Assembly (NCBI GenBank): GCA_951406725.2
Contig: OX597838.1
Span: forward strand, 14,322,001 to 14,386,000
Length of the DNA stretch: 64,000 nt
Source: Octopus vulgaris
Lineage: Eukaryota
Reading direction: 5' to 3'
In this document: in pieces, positions 28,259-41,315 of the stretch
Layout: each line of letters opens with the position of its first letter
Position numbering within the stretch: position 1 is the stretch's first letter
Program-made: the position numbers and the translations under genes
The notes under the pieces: model-generated
What the model saw: only the letters and a program-made list of their open reading frames with translations
Database searches by the model: none
What the model was told of the DNA's origin: nothing

Positions 28259-28291
<33 letters not shown>

Positions 28292-28295
<4 letters not shown>

Positions 28296-28404
28296 CGTGA
28301 CCGACCAGGCTATCAGATGTTGATACACATCGCTGGTCACAATGCGCTTCGCATTGTTTTAGCCTTCAAATGACGCCACCCCGCCGGCTAAGCGAGCCGG
28401 CCAA
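28292..28404 (-). mobile_element. Short element sharing the RTE 3' tail
   Basis: Minus ..TGTGACCAGCG..CTGGTCGGTCACGGTGAT matches 27617-27676; 5' hairpin GCCGGC TCGCTTA GCCGGC. Confidence 0.55.
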
Positions 28405-28546
28405 TATATATACACATACAAATATGTGTATGCGTATGGATGTGTGCGTGTGTATGTAAGCGTGTTATGTTGTGATATGACATGATGTAACGTTGTTGTT
28501 TTAAAAACCTAACTGACCTTACATCGAGCTGGTTTATGATCTAAGG

Positions 28547-28747
28547 CAGTGGTTTTCAACCAGGGTTCCGCCAGTACAGTCCAGGGGTTCCGCAAGAAGT
28601 TACAAAACTGCTAAAATCGGCAGTAATTTTTAATTCTACTGTGCAGATATGTGTGCCTAAGACTATTAAATTATTGTACAGGGGTTCCTCGAGCCAGTGG
28701 AATGTTTCCTTGGGGTTCCGCTCCAGCGAAAAGGTTGAAAAGCACTG
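28547..28747 (+). mobile_element. hAT (Charlie/Buster-type) MITE, 201 bp
   Basis: TIRs CAGTGGTTTTCAACC/GGTTGAAAAGCACTG; 8-bp TSD ATCTAAGG. Confidence 0.9.
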
Positions 28748-29003
28748 ATCTAAGGTATGCCAAAGCCTTCCCTTTCACTAAACGTAATGTATCTTTTTGA
28801 TAACAGTAAGGTGATTAAGCTGTTATTTATGGAAGGTCGAAGAGTCCCAAATAATAGATTTGCCCTCAAACGCCAGTTTCCTGTTGTACAACTGATGTAT
28901 CTCAAGAAAGAAACCCCAGAATATAAATGTAGATAAATCGATACCTAAAATCAAATTCTAACGTACTTCCTAGATGAACTGATTGTGTGTATATGTCTGT
29001 GTA

Positions 29004-29106
<103 letters not shown>

Positions 29107-29835
29107 TGTGAATGTGTCTGTAGAATATGGCGAACCGAGAGCGAAATCTTACCGTAATCAACGGACAGAACACAATGCTAAATTCTCAATTACATTCTCT
29201 GCAACATCACCGCTCTGAATTCTGCTTCAAAAAAAAAGAAATGAAAATGGTATTCATAAGAAGAACTGGGATGGAATCACCAAAGACTTCATTTCTAATG
29301 GTTCTGAATTCCAAACACGAATAAATATGCATCTCATTTTAAAGTTTCGACAAAAACAGTTGCCGGAGGTCGAATATGCGCAGAAGCATCTCTCCATAGA
29401 GCTGTCATGTGACCAATCACATTCCTCTTTCTCCTTCACCCATCATTGCTAAAATTTCGACGTTCTCTTACAAAAGGAAGACGAATTAGCTGAGTCGTTA
29501 AAGCGTTGGACAAAATACCTGATGGCAATTGTATCGAGTTTCTACTTTCTGAGTTCAATTGTCACCGTGATTAATTCTAACTTTTTGTTGTATATATCTT
29601 TTCGGGGCCGATAGAATAAAATACTAAGTATGATAGATCGGTGGCGTTATCAGAATGTCGGCCGAGATGTTTTGCGGCGCTATTTCTTCTGGCTCTTCGT
29701 GTGTCTCATTTCTTGAATATAAAACTTAGTTTTGATCAATCCAGCAATTTCGGGTAAAGGATTAAATCGATTACATCGACCCAGTACTCGACTGGTACTC
29801 ATTTTATTGGATTACATTAAATTCGCCTGTAATCA

Positions 29836-29910
29836 ATTCACCGCAAGGAAAGTTCACCGTGAAGAAAGTTCATCGTGAGGAAATTTCATGGCAACGAAAA
29901 TATACCGAGA
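29836..29910. repeat. 16-bp tandem repeat (~4-5 decaying units)
   Basis: TTCACCGCAAGGAAAG / TTCACCGTGAAGAAAG / TTCATCGTGAGGAAAT. Confidence 0.7.
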
Positions 29911-29951
29911 AACTATATCGATCGTATCTCACCATTAATAGTTAAAAACTA

Positions 29952-30412
29952 TTGGGTTGTCCGGAAAGTTCGTGCCAACTTATAGTAGCTTAACTTTCGA
30001 CTTATTTTAGAATATGGTTGAGTCCATAAAATAGGATTTGACTACACCTCCATTTAGAGCACAGTTTAAGCTATCTTTCCGTGGAAGAAGGTTGATGTTC
30101 CTATAACCTGTGTTAATTCTGTAATCCTTTAAAATGGAAGATAAGAAAGTTCATTTTTAGCACTTGATGCTTTGGGACCCAGACAAAAATTGCTGCAGCT
30201 CGGCTGGGATGTGTTACCCCACCCTCCATATTCACCAGATATTGCTCATTTGGATTTCCACTTATTCAGGTCTCTGCAGAATAGTCTTAATGGTAAAAAT
30301 TTCAGTTCCTTGGATATGACGTAAAAAGATACCTTGATGAATGCTTTGCCATGAAACCACCTTAATTCTGGGAAGAGGGTATTTTCAAGTTAAAGGAAAG
30401 ATGGAGACGCAT
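29952..30412 (+). pseudogene. Internally deleted mariner element
   Basis: TA|TTGGGTTGTCCGGAAAGTTC TIR-like start; MEDKKVHF*HLMLW joined directly to RQKLLQLGWDVLPH/PYSPDIAHLDFHLFRSLQN..FWEEGIFKLKERWRRI. Confidence 0.85.
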
Positions 30413-30529
30413 AAAGATGGAGAAGCATACGGCAGCAGCATTATCATTTAGACTTGCAGAATAAATGAACTTGCAGTTGCAACAAGGAAATATAAATAAC
30501 TGCAACAATACTAGCAACAGTAACAATAC

Positions 30530-30948
30530 TCTCTCTTTTACTCTTTTACTTGTTTCAGTCATTTGACTGCAACCATGCTGGAGCACCGCCTTTAGTCGAG
30601 CAAATCGACCCCAGGACTTATTCTTTGGAAGCCTAGTACTTATTCTATCGGTCTCTTTTGCCGAACCGCTAAGTTACGGGGAAGTAAACACACCAGCATC
30701 GGTTGTCAAGCGATGTTGGGGTGACAAACACAGTCACACAAACATATACACACACATACATATATACATATATACATACATATATACGACGGGATTCTTT
30801 CAGTTTCCGTCTACGAAATTCACTTACAAGGCTTTGGTTGGCTCTAGGCTATAGTAGAAGACTCTTGCCCAAGGTGCCATGCAGTGGGAATGAACCCGGA
30901 ACCATGTGGTTGGTAAGCAAGCTACTTACCACATATCCACTCCTGCGC
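30530..30948 (-). mobile_element. SINE family A
   Basis: Full length, directly downstream of the tRNA-Val terminator. Confidence 0.9.
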
Positions 30949-30967
30949 TAAAAATAATACCCACTAT

Positions 30968-31040
30968 AGTTTTCGACGAGGATCGAACTCGCGACGTTCT
31001 GCGTGTGAAACAGACGTGATAACCACTACACCACGAAACC
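30968..31040 (-). tRNA. tRNA-Val(CAC), possibly pseudogenised
   Basis: Minus strand reads GGTTTCG TG GTGT AGTGGTT ATCAC G TCTGT TTCACAC GCAGA ACGTC GCGAG TTCGATC CTCGT CGAAAAC T. 73-nt cloverleaf, anticodon CAC, intact A and B boxes, T5 terminator 13 nt downstream. The G2:A71 mismatch and U73 discriminator are atypical. Confidence 0.85.
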
Positions 31041-31897
31041 TGCATCGGGTGGTGTCAATCAGGAATCAACACTGATATCATCAACAATAACTATAATAAC
31101 ACTAACGACTTCAACTGTTATAACAACAACAGCAACGACAACAACAATTGCTGCAACGACAATAGTATCAATAGCTGTAGAAAAATAAAAGAACGTAGGC
31201 AATAGCAGCGAGGGAGAAGCAGAATAAATCGAAACAATAATGCGAGCAACATTAGCAACAAGAAGAGAAGTAATAATAGCTTCATCGAAAGTGGTTAACA
31301 ACACGAGCAACAACAGCTGCAATAATAGTTACGACATCGGCATTAACAACAACAATAGCAACAACGACCATTCACAGCAAAATGAATTTGGAAAAAGATA
31401 CAATATTGAATGAATAATGAAATTTATTAAATGAAAAATGGCGGTGGAAAAAGCAAAAACTGAGAAAGCAAAATGGCGGAAAACGATAACTGAAGAGAAA
31501 CGGGAGCGATGTTCAAAGATGGCCATTAAAGGGTGTACGGAGTGGACGGAAGTTTTAGGAATAGGGAGTGAACAGAGATAGAGAAAGGAGGAAGTTGACT
31601 GGGTGGTGGTGGTGGTAGTGGTGGTGGTGGGTGGTGGTGGATTGTGGAAAATGTAATTAGCTGCGCGTGGGACAGTGTAGAATTGGGAAGGTAATGTGTT
31701 GTGTACGGCTGTGTATGTGTGTAGAGTGCGTGGCAGGAGTGGTGGTGGTGGTGGGGGAACCAATACGACGTTGGCCCTTGAAATTAGACAGAAGAATCAG
31801 GAGATAGAAATGTATACCAACAACAAACAATAACAATAATAATAACAACAATAATAATGATTTATCTTATTTCTTACAAGCATGACGAATGAATGAA

Positions 31898-32006
<109 letters not shown>

Positions 32007-32047
32007 TAATAATAATAATAATAATAATGATAATAATAATAATAATG

Positions 32048-32109
<62 letters not shown>

Positions 32110-32422
32110 GAGTAAGCTTTTTCTAGTACTTTCTGTTTGCTAAAGCTTTGAGATGGTTATGTTTATAGACATTATATCTTAAGTACGATGGAGTGTTCAT
32201 AAATAGAATACCATAGCTTCTTAAAACTGTGAGATGTTTATAAACTTCGATATCTTAGCTATGATAGATATTTAGTCCCAACTTGCCGAAGATACTCTTA
32301 AAATCCCCACCCACCCTCTCTTAATCGACTGCCAATTATGTCAACTAGCAGGCCAGTCAAATAACATGTATTTCTCTCCTTTTTTTCTCTCCTTGTTTCT
32401 CTCCTTGTTTTTTTTCTGTGTA

Positions 32423-32460
32423 TCTTTCTGTCGAAGAGCGTAGGCTCGAAACGTAAAGGA
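32423..32460 (+). ncRNA. Minimal hammerhead variant (CUGUCGA core) in Penelope-like remnant
   Basis: CTTT-CTGTCGA-A-GAGC GTAG GCTC-GAAA-CGTA-AAG; same family as 42082-42119, 13203-13238 and 3637-3672. Confidence 0.55.
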
Positions 32461-32782
32461 CTTTTTCTATTTCTATTCCTGAGCGCTATACTAATACATT
32501 TGTTTGTTTGTACTCCACCTGCCTTCGTTTTTTGTTTATTTTCGTAAACCTTCCCGTTAGATACAAACCCGTTCCTCCATTTAACGCCGCAGCATCAGCA
32601 TCAGTTAAACCAACAGTCGTGGATCTGCCATCATTTGTTGTCTATAGAAATCAAGGGAGATAATAATTAGGACACCTCGACCTTATAGTAATAATATAAT
32701 TATAATAATAATTGTGAAACTATAGCGGTGAACTAATAAATAATTTGAACCAGTAAATAATATGAAATTATAATAGTGAACA

Positions 32783-33150
32783 TGGATGGAAGCACTCCGT
32801 CGGTTACGACGACGAGGGTTCCGGTTGATCCGAATCAACGGAACAGCCTGCTCGTGAAATTAACGTGTAAGTGGCTGAGCACTCCACAGACACGTGTACC
32901 CTTAACGTAGTTCTCGGGGATATTCAGCGTGACACAGAGAATGACAGGCACAACAGAAACAGGAAGTAAGAGTGAGAGAAAGTTGTGGTGAAAGAGTACA
33001 GCAGGGATCACCACCATCCCTGCCGGAGCCTCGTGGAGCTTTTAGGTGTTTTTCGCTCAATAAACACTCACAACGCCCGGTCTGGGTATCGAAACTGCGA
33101 TCCTACGACCGCGAGTCCGCTGCTCTAACCACTGGGCCATTGCGCCTCCA
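32783..33150 (-). mobile_element. SINE family C, 11-bp TSD
   Basis: TSD AATAGTGAACA. Confidence 0.9.
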
Positions 33151-33189
33151 AATAGTGAACAATAATTACCCAGAATGGTTAACAAGTGG

Positions 33190-33480
33190 CGTTGTGAAAC
33201 TGTTAAATTGTGGGCGACTAAACCGGCAACGCCACAAAGCTTGCTTGGTGAGGAGGGTAGATTTTCGACACCCGGCGGGATTCAAAGTAAAACCCGGCAA
33301 AGGGCAGAGGAACTTAAAAGAGTCAATGGTCATTCCGAAAACGGGTAGGCAGAACTCGTGAGCCTTGGTTGGCAGTCTGTCTAGGAGAAGGAATACTCTG
33401 ATTTAAAAACTGGGGTACATAGCACTCCTTAGACACAGTGGTGACAACCTGTCCTTGAAAGTCAAGCTCGGCTCCTTCGC
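33190..33480 (+). mobile_element. Probable RTE LINE 5' UTR remnant
   Basis: GGCAGTCTGTCTAGGAGAAGGAATACTCTGATTTAAAAAC resembles a motif recalled from RTE 5' UTRs. Confidence 0.35.
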
Positions 33481-34849
33481 AAAACCAACAGAAGTGTGGG
33501 AAAAGGCGAGCATCTGGTTCTTTTCGTATGGCGTAATTTCTAGATGTTGGATCGTTGTTACTCCAACGATATTATCTATAAAGTCGGTGTTGTATTTGTT
33601 ATTGGAGCATAACTTTTGGTAGAATTCCAAGATAGCTCTGTTTCTGCATTCTGTGATGATTTCATCTTCATTTTATGTTTTCATTTCACTCTCTTTGTGT
33701 TTATTTTATTTTTCAGAAGATGAAAACACTTTTTTCTTTGTGGAATTGTTGTTTATATAAAGTTAATATTATATCTTATCTTTTATCTTTTGCTTGTTTC
33801 ATTCATTGGAATGTGGCCATGCTGGGGCGCCACCTGGAAGAGTTTAGTCGAATAAATTAACCTCTGTTCATTTTCAAAGTCTGCTGCTTATTCTGTGAGC
33901 CTCGTTACAGGGATGTAAACAAACAAACAAACACCATTTGTCAAGTGGTGGCATGGAGGCAAATACAGGCAAAGACACGTGCATGCACACGCGCGCACAC
34001 ACACACAAACACACACACATACACACAAACACACACACATACACACAAACATACACACACACACAAACACACACACACACACATACACACAAACACACAC
34101 ACATACACACAAACACACACACAAACACACACACACACGCACACACACATACACACAAACACGCACAAACACACACACACACGCACACACATGACGGGCT
34201 TCCACACAGATTCCATCTGCCAAATTCACTCACAAGGAATTGGTTACTCAGGGATTCTAGTTGGAGACCCTTGCGCAATGGGACTAAATCCCAAACCCTG
34301 CACGTGGTTGCAAAGGGAACTTCCCAACCACACAGTTCCCTCATTCCTTTTCTGTTTATTTATCTCTACACTTTTGCAACTTCCGTTTCGTCTCTAATCA
34401 AATCGACTTCGAATATTTCTTTTCCTGTATCCGATCCACAGTTGCCAGTATACTCCACTGCCCTCCTCTCGCGTTTCCCCATTATAATGAGAGATTTTAC
34501 TCGTTAGCCGTTTTAAAATTTTAATGTCGCCGCTTTGCATCCGTTGTTCACAAAGTGCAACGGAAAGGTCAGCTTAGAAACGATCGATTTGGATCTTGAC
34601 GATCCAGATCGTTTTGTTCTTCAAGTGGAATAATTTATTTCTTCCTTTTGCGAGTCGATTTTGAGCTTGCGTCTTACTATTTTATGATCGATGTGTTTGA
34701 CCTTGTTAATTATTCCAACTTTTCGAGAGATGTTTTGTTTGTTTCAATGTAATCAAGTGTGTCACAGGTTTTGAAAGTATAGAGTTACTTTCGGCACCAG
34801 TTGTCTTTTTTTTCTTCTTTGCAATGGTACTGATTATTTTTTCCACCAG

Positions 34850-35075
34850 GTTTTGTTGTGGGGTGATGGCTTGTACGCCTCAATGAGCCTGAGAGCCATG
34901 CCAGCGGAACACAGTGTCCTGGTAAGGCCTCCCGTGCTGGACAGGTCAACGCATAGAAGCCAAGCTAATCTGGACCACTTCTTCCCAGAGGTAAAATTAG
35001 GTTTGCGTATGGCCAACACCTCTACCAAGAGAAAGCAAAGTTACAAAAGCATCGACGATAATTCACAACGAAGGA
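34850..35075 (+). mobile_element. RTE/BovB-like LINE 5' UTR remnant
   Basis: GGCTTGTACGCCTCAATGAGCCTGAGAGCCATGCC..GGCCTCCCGTGCTGGACAGGTC resembles recalled RTE-BovB 5' ends. Confidence 0.5.
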
Positions 35076-35256
35076 GACTAACAAGGAGAGGAAGGCCTCT
35101 TTTCGGGGAAATATATGACGGGATTCAGCAAAATCTGGAATGAAGCTGCAAAGAAACAGAGACTCAACTGGCGTGAAACAGAAAAGACAGCCCTGAGCCG
35201 AGATCAACAGAGGAAAGTATCAGTATTGGATGTTCCAATATTCTTATAGAATAATT

Positions 35257-35647
35257 GTGGAGGCGCAATGGCCCAGTGGTTAGGGCAGCGAACTCGCGGT
35301 CATAGGATCGCGGTTTCGATTCCCAGACCGGGCGTTGTGAGTGTTTATTGAGCGAAAACACCTAAAGCTCCACGAGGCTCCGGCAGGGGATGGTGGTGAT
35401 CCTTGCTGTACTCTTTCACCACAACTTTCTCTCACTCTTACTTCCTGTTTCTGTTGTACCTGTATTTCAAAGGCCCGGCCTTGTCACTCTCTGTGTCACG
35501 CTGAATATCCCCGAGAACTACGTTAAGGGTACACGTGTTTGTGGAGTGCTCAGCCACTTACACGTTAATTTCACGAGCAGGCTGTTCCGTTGATTCGGAT
35601 CAACCGGAACCCTCGTCGTCGTAACCGACGGAGTGCTTCCATATCCC
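35257..35647 (+). mobile_element. SINE family C (tRNA-Arg-like head, RTE-like tail), 11-bp TSD
   Basis: GTGGAGGCGCAATGGCCCAGTGGTTAGGGCAGCG..GGTTTCGATTCCC; TSD ATAGAATAATT. Confidence 0.9.
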
Positions 35648-35798
35648 ATAGAATAATTCCAGTTCGTTTTGAAAATTTGTAACTGTTAGTGCAAGCATTA
35701 AAAATCAATTTGAGATCGTACTTTTCTGATAGCTTGCACCCTGTATATATTACAAGCAAGGGAGCGAACCCCCTGCCACCTTCCAGCAGACAACGGGA

Positions 35799-35848
35799 TC
35801 GCGAGACCGACTCGGTTTCGAGCTTGTTTTGCTTATCCTCAGTCGCGA
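35799..35848 (-). ncRNA. Type I hammerhead ribozyme motif (near-canonical)
   Basis: Minus: TCGCGA-CTGAGGA-TA-AGC AAAACAA GCT-C-GAAA-CCG AGT CGG-TC-TCGCGA. 6-bp stem I, CUGANGA core, GAAA, stem III, GUC cleavage triplet. Confidence 0.8.
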
Positions 35849-36049
35849 ATACTCGGTTGCTAAACCGAAGAAGCCATTATCTGCAAGGAATACTTCATCT
35901 GCCATCGAAAGGGTTTGAACTTAGCGGTCAGAGAACAGCTGGAAGGATCCGTATATTACAATTTCATGACTCATAAAGACTTTTCTGACTGACATACACT
36001 TATGCACACACACGCATGCACGCGCACACACACATACACACATACACAC

Positions 36050-36128
36050 ACACACGCACACATTCATATACACACATGCACATATGCTCACATTTGTGCA
36101 TACGTACATGCACACATAAATACACACA

Positions 36129-36171
<43 letters not shown>

Positions 36172-36535
36172 TTGTGCATACACACACACATAAATACACA
36201 CACAAACACACACACACACATACACACACAAACACACACACACGTACACATTCATATACCCACACGCACATATGCTCACATTTGTGCATACGTACATGCA
36301 CACATAAATACACACACAAACACACACATACACACACAAACATACACACACGTACACATTCATATACCCACACGCACATATGCTCACACTTGTGCATACG
36401 TACATGCACACATAAATACACACACAAACACACACATACACACACAAACATACACACACGTACACATTCATATACCCACACGCACATATGCTCACATTTG
36501 TGCATACGTACATGCACACATAAATACACACACAA

Positions 36536-36566
<31 letters not shown>

Positions 36567-36657
36567 TACACACACACACACACACACACGTACACATTCA
36601 TATACCCACACGCACATATGCTCACATTTGTGCATACGTACATGCACACATAAATAC

Positions 36658-36660
<3 letters not shown>
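36050..36660. repeat. Compound minisatellite (~108-bp unit, ~5 copies) built from (CA)n
   Basis: Recurring CACGTACACATTCATATACCCACACGCACATATGCTCACATTTGTGCATACGTACATG at 36241, 36349, 36457, 36587. Confidence 0.9.
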
Positions 36661-36727
<67 letters not shown>

Positions 36728-37082
36728 GCACATGGACACATGTACACACCCGTGCAGTTACACATCACCTACATGCACACACGTGAGCATACGCCCAAAC
36801 AAACACACATATGTAAATATATGTATGAGTAAGTTTAAAGTGATGCATGCATTAAATATACACACGCTCACACATATGCACCTACAAGCGAATTGTCATA
36901 TACATTTTCTAGAGATGTGATAACGACATATTTATTCCATCATCACCCCCCTCCACACACACACACACCATCATCATTAGCAGCAGTAGCAGCAGTAGCA
37001 GCAGTAGTCACCGGGACTGATATCACTAAAGCAAGCTAGCAGTTCATGATAATCAGGATATCAGTTCAGGAATATCATATGA

Positions 37083-37126
<44 letters not shown>

Positions 37127-37275
37127 GATATAAATATGTGTATATATGTATATATATATATATATATATTTATAAATATAAATATGTGTATATATGTATA
37201 TATATATATATTTATATATATATATACATACATATATATATATATATGTATGTATGTATGTATGTATATATATAT

Positions 37276-37307
<32 letters not shown>

Positions 37308-37475
37308 CATACACACACACACACACACACACGGACATACATACACATACACACACGCACGCACACACACGCACATATACATACACACACATACATATAC
37401 ACATATATGTGTATATATGTGCATATATATCTCTGTGCGTGTGTTACATATATATATATAGATAGACGCACGTGT

Positions 37476-37538
<63 letters not shown>

Positions 37539-37776
37539 AACAAAAGCACACATGCACGCACACACAAACACACAAATGCACACCACATCCATACGCATGT
37601 AACATATGCTTGTATGTATATTATCAGATAATTAAATCCGTTCTGAGACCTTAGCGCAAAACCACAACTCGTATAACGACTTCATGTTATCGCATGAGAT
37701 ATAACACGCCGTACAGCACTACACTGTGGCGGTAATAAACTGTATCAAACCTGCGATTGGTCTATCTATCTGTCTG

Positions 37777-37995
<219 letters not shown>

Positions 37996-38775
37996 GCCTG
38001 TCTGCCTGTCTGTCTATCTGTCTATCTGTCTGTCTGTCTGTCTGTATACAAAACATACATACATACATAATGAGTGTTATCATGTACATTGTTTTGTCTT
38101 AGTATAAAAGATGGGCTACAGCAAATATTCTGCTTAATACATATTTCTTTATTACCCACAAGGGGCTAAACACAGAGGGGACAAACAAGGACAGACATAG
38201 GTATTAAGTCGATTACATCGACCCCAGTGCGTAACTGGTACTTAATTTATCGACCCCGAAAGGATGAAAGGTAAAGTCGACCTCGGCGGAATTTGAACTC
38301 ACAACGTAACGCAGACGAAATGCCGCTAAGCATTTCGCCCGGCGTGCTAACGTTTCTGCCAGCTCACCACAGATTTGCCCGTCAGTTGCTTGACCTTCAG
38401 TAGTTGAGTGTGCCCATTAGTGCCTGACGATATGTGCATCTCTGATCAAGAAGTAGTGGGAGAGCATCATAGCCATGTGTTGAGGGGTATTCTTTGGGGC
38501 TAGAATAATTCACCTCTGGAAACATGGCTGTTTTGTTCATCATCCTTAAACAAAACTTATTAGGGCCTTTTGAGCTGGAAAATTTTAACTAGGCCTCGCG
38601 TACAAGGTCACGCGCTGTTTATCTTGATCCAAGGTGATCATGTAGCGCATACATGGTTGTGATGCATGTACCTGGCGTACCCTTATCATTCGGGTAGTCA
38701 TGATGGGTATACCGGGCCTCGTATTTTTGTACCCCAGTGTCACTTTGATGGCATGCGCTGCTCTCTCTCTCTCAA

Positions 38776-38843
<68 letters not shown>

Positions 38844-38860
38844 ATAATAATAATAATAAT

Positions 38861-39083
38861 AATGAGCGGGATGGGCTACTCAACCTGAAGAAAATTCTAA
38901 CTGGGCCCCCACCTGCAAGGTCATGTGCTGTTTATCTTGATATGAGATCACCATGTCGCGCACATATGGTTGTGATGCATGTGCCTGGTGTACCCTTATC
39001 AGACGGGTAATCATGATGGGTATATTGGGCTTCGTATATTTTACCCCAGTGTCACTTTGATGGCATGAACTGCTCTCTCACTC

Positions 39084-39084
<1 letters not shown>
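38861..39084 (+). mobile_element. TAA-associated retroelement 3' region (family D); other copies 38100-38775 (+), 46541-46835 (-), 47432-47775 (-)
   Basis: Three copies share the 3' end GTGTCACTTTGATGGCATG..CTCTCTC followed by (TAA)/(TAG)n, with variable 5' truncation; 47432-47775 matches the upstream part only. Confidence 0.7.
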
Positions 39085-39114
<30 letters not shown>

Positions 39115-39189
39115 TTCTTCAAGGTAGCGCCACAGCATGGCCGCACTTTAACAAATGAAACATGTATATGATAAAAGATAGAAATTAAA

Positions 39190-39358
<169 letters not shown>

Positions 39359-40415
39359 TATAGATATACATAAATTTTGAGCAACTCTTCCGAAACATGG
39401 ATAACACAATTGTCAAACGATTTCTGGTGCAGAAGAAAGTTAGATTGCTTCCATGCGCTGCTATTCCTGTTAATGACGTGAAGAAATAAACACGTCGTAA
39501 TTGTGGCCGGGAATATTTCTTGGAGAACATTAGCGAGAGATCTCAATAAAAGAGAAAATATCAAATTTCGAGCAATTATAAATAATACAGCCAAAAGGAA
39601 GAGTCGCTCGGAGTTATAGTCAGCTAAATATACATGCATACATGCATGCATTCATACATACATACATACATACATACATACATACATACATACATACATG
39701 ATGCATACAGACAGACAGACAGACATACATACATACATACATACATACATACATACATACACACACACATACATACATGCATACATACATACATACATAC
39801 ATACATACATACATACATGCATGCATAAATATACATACAGACGTTCACACACCCATACATATATACATACATGCATGCAAATACACATACATGCATACAT
39901 GCATACATACATACATACATACATACATACACACGTACATACATGCATGCATGCATACATACATACATACATACAGACGTTCACACACCCATACATATAT
40001 ACATACATGCATGCATATACACATACATGCATACATGCATACATACATACATACATACACACATACATACATACATACACACGTACATACATGCATGCAT
40101 GCATGCATACATACATACATACATACGTACATACATACATACATACGTACATACATGCATACATACATACATACACACGTACATACATGCATGCATGCAT
40201 GCATACATACATACATACGTACATACATACATACATATGTACATACATGCATACATACATACATACACACGTACATACATGCATGCATACATACATACAT
40301 ACATACATACATCGGTCTCTCTGCCGAACCACTAAGTGACGTGAACTAAAAGACACCAGCTTCGGTTGTCAAGCGATGTTTTGGGGACAAACACAGACAC
40401 ACAAACATATACATA

Positions 40416-41085
40416 GTGACAGGTGATTCGTATCTGGACACGCTTGGCAACAAGATGATGCCTCGCATGCATTTACTTGGAGAGGGGGGAAAAAATCCTG
40501 TCTGGTTTCTGCAGGAGGGGCCTCTGCCCCATTATGCATTGCAGGTTCATGATTTTCTGAATGAACATTTTCTAGGGCAGTGCTTTTCAAACTTTTTGCT
40601 GGAGCGGAACCCCAAAGAAACATTCCACTGGCTCGAGGAATCCCTGTACAATAATGTAATAGTCTTATGCACACATATCTGCACAGGAGACTTAAAAATT
40701 ACTGCCGATTTTAGAAGTTTCGTAACTTCTTGTGGAACCTCTGCACTGTACTAGCGGAACCCTGGTTGAAAACCTCTGTTCTAGGGAGATGGCTCGGGCG
40801 TTGCGGGCCAATTGAATGGGCACCAAGGTCACCAGATTTAACTCCCATGGACTTTTTTCTTCATTAAGTCCTTTGTGTATTCTGAAAAGATTCGCAACCA
40901 AGGACATCTTCAAAGAATTGTTGAAGCATGTGAACAAGTCAACGGCAATGAAGAGCTATTTGAGAGGGTTCATCGCAATTTCAAATTCCATATGAACACT
41001 TGAACATTTGTAATGAATTACCTACTTCATTGCTAATAAAGCATACTTGATATCTCCCATGGTGCGTGACTTTGTGGCCACACTG
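40416..41085 (+). pseudogene. DD41D-type Tc1/mariner transposase relic with right TIR, interrupted by hAT MITE
   Basis: TGDSYLDTL..WFLQEG(=QDG)PLPHY..HFLG|RWLGRCGPIEWAPRSPDLTPMD: 41 residues between catalytic positions; ends GTGGCCACACTG|TA. Confidence 0.75.
40578..40778 (-). mobile_element. hAT MITE, second copy in opposite orientation, 201 bp
   Basis: TIRs CAGTGCTTTTCAA/TTGAAAACCTCTG; 8-bp TSD TTCTAGGG. Confidence 0.9.
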
Positions 41086-41087
41086 TA

Positions 41088-41205
<118 letters not shown>

Positions 41206-41226
41206 GCTCTCTCTCTCTCTATCTAT

Positions 41227-41315
<89 letters not shown>

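Noticed and set aside
34540-34612. Two adjacent hairpins as a structured ncRNA
   Set aside because: Single copy, no family motif, and no covariation evidence.
35257-35335. tRNA-Arg gene
   Set aside because: It is the tRNA-derived head of SINE family C, attached to the SINE body and flanked by TSDs.
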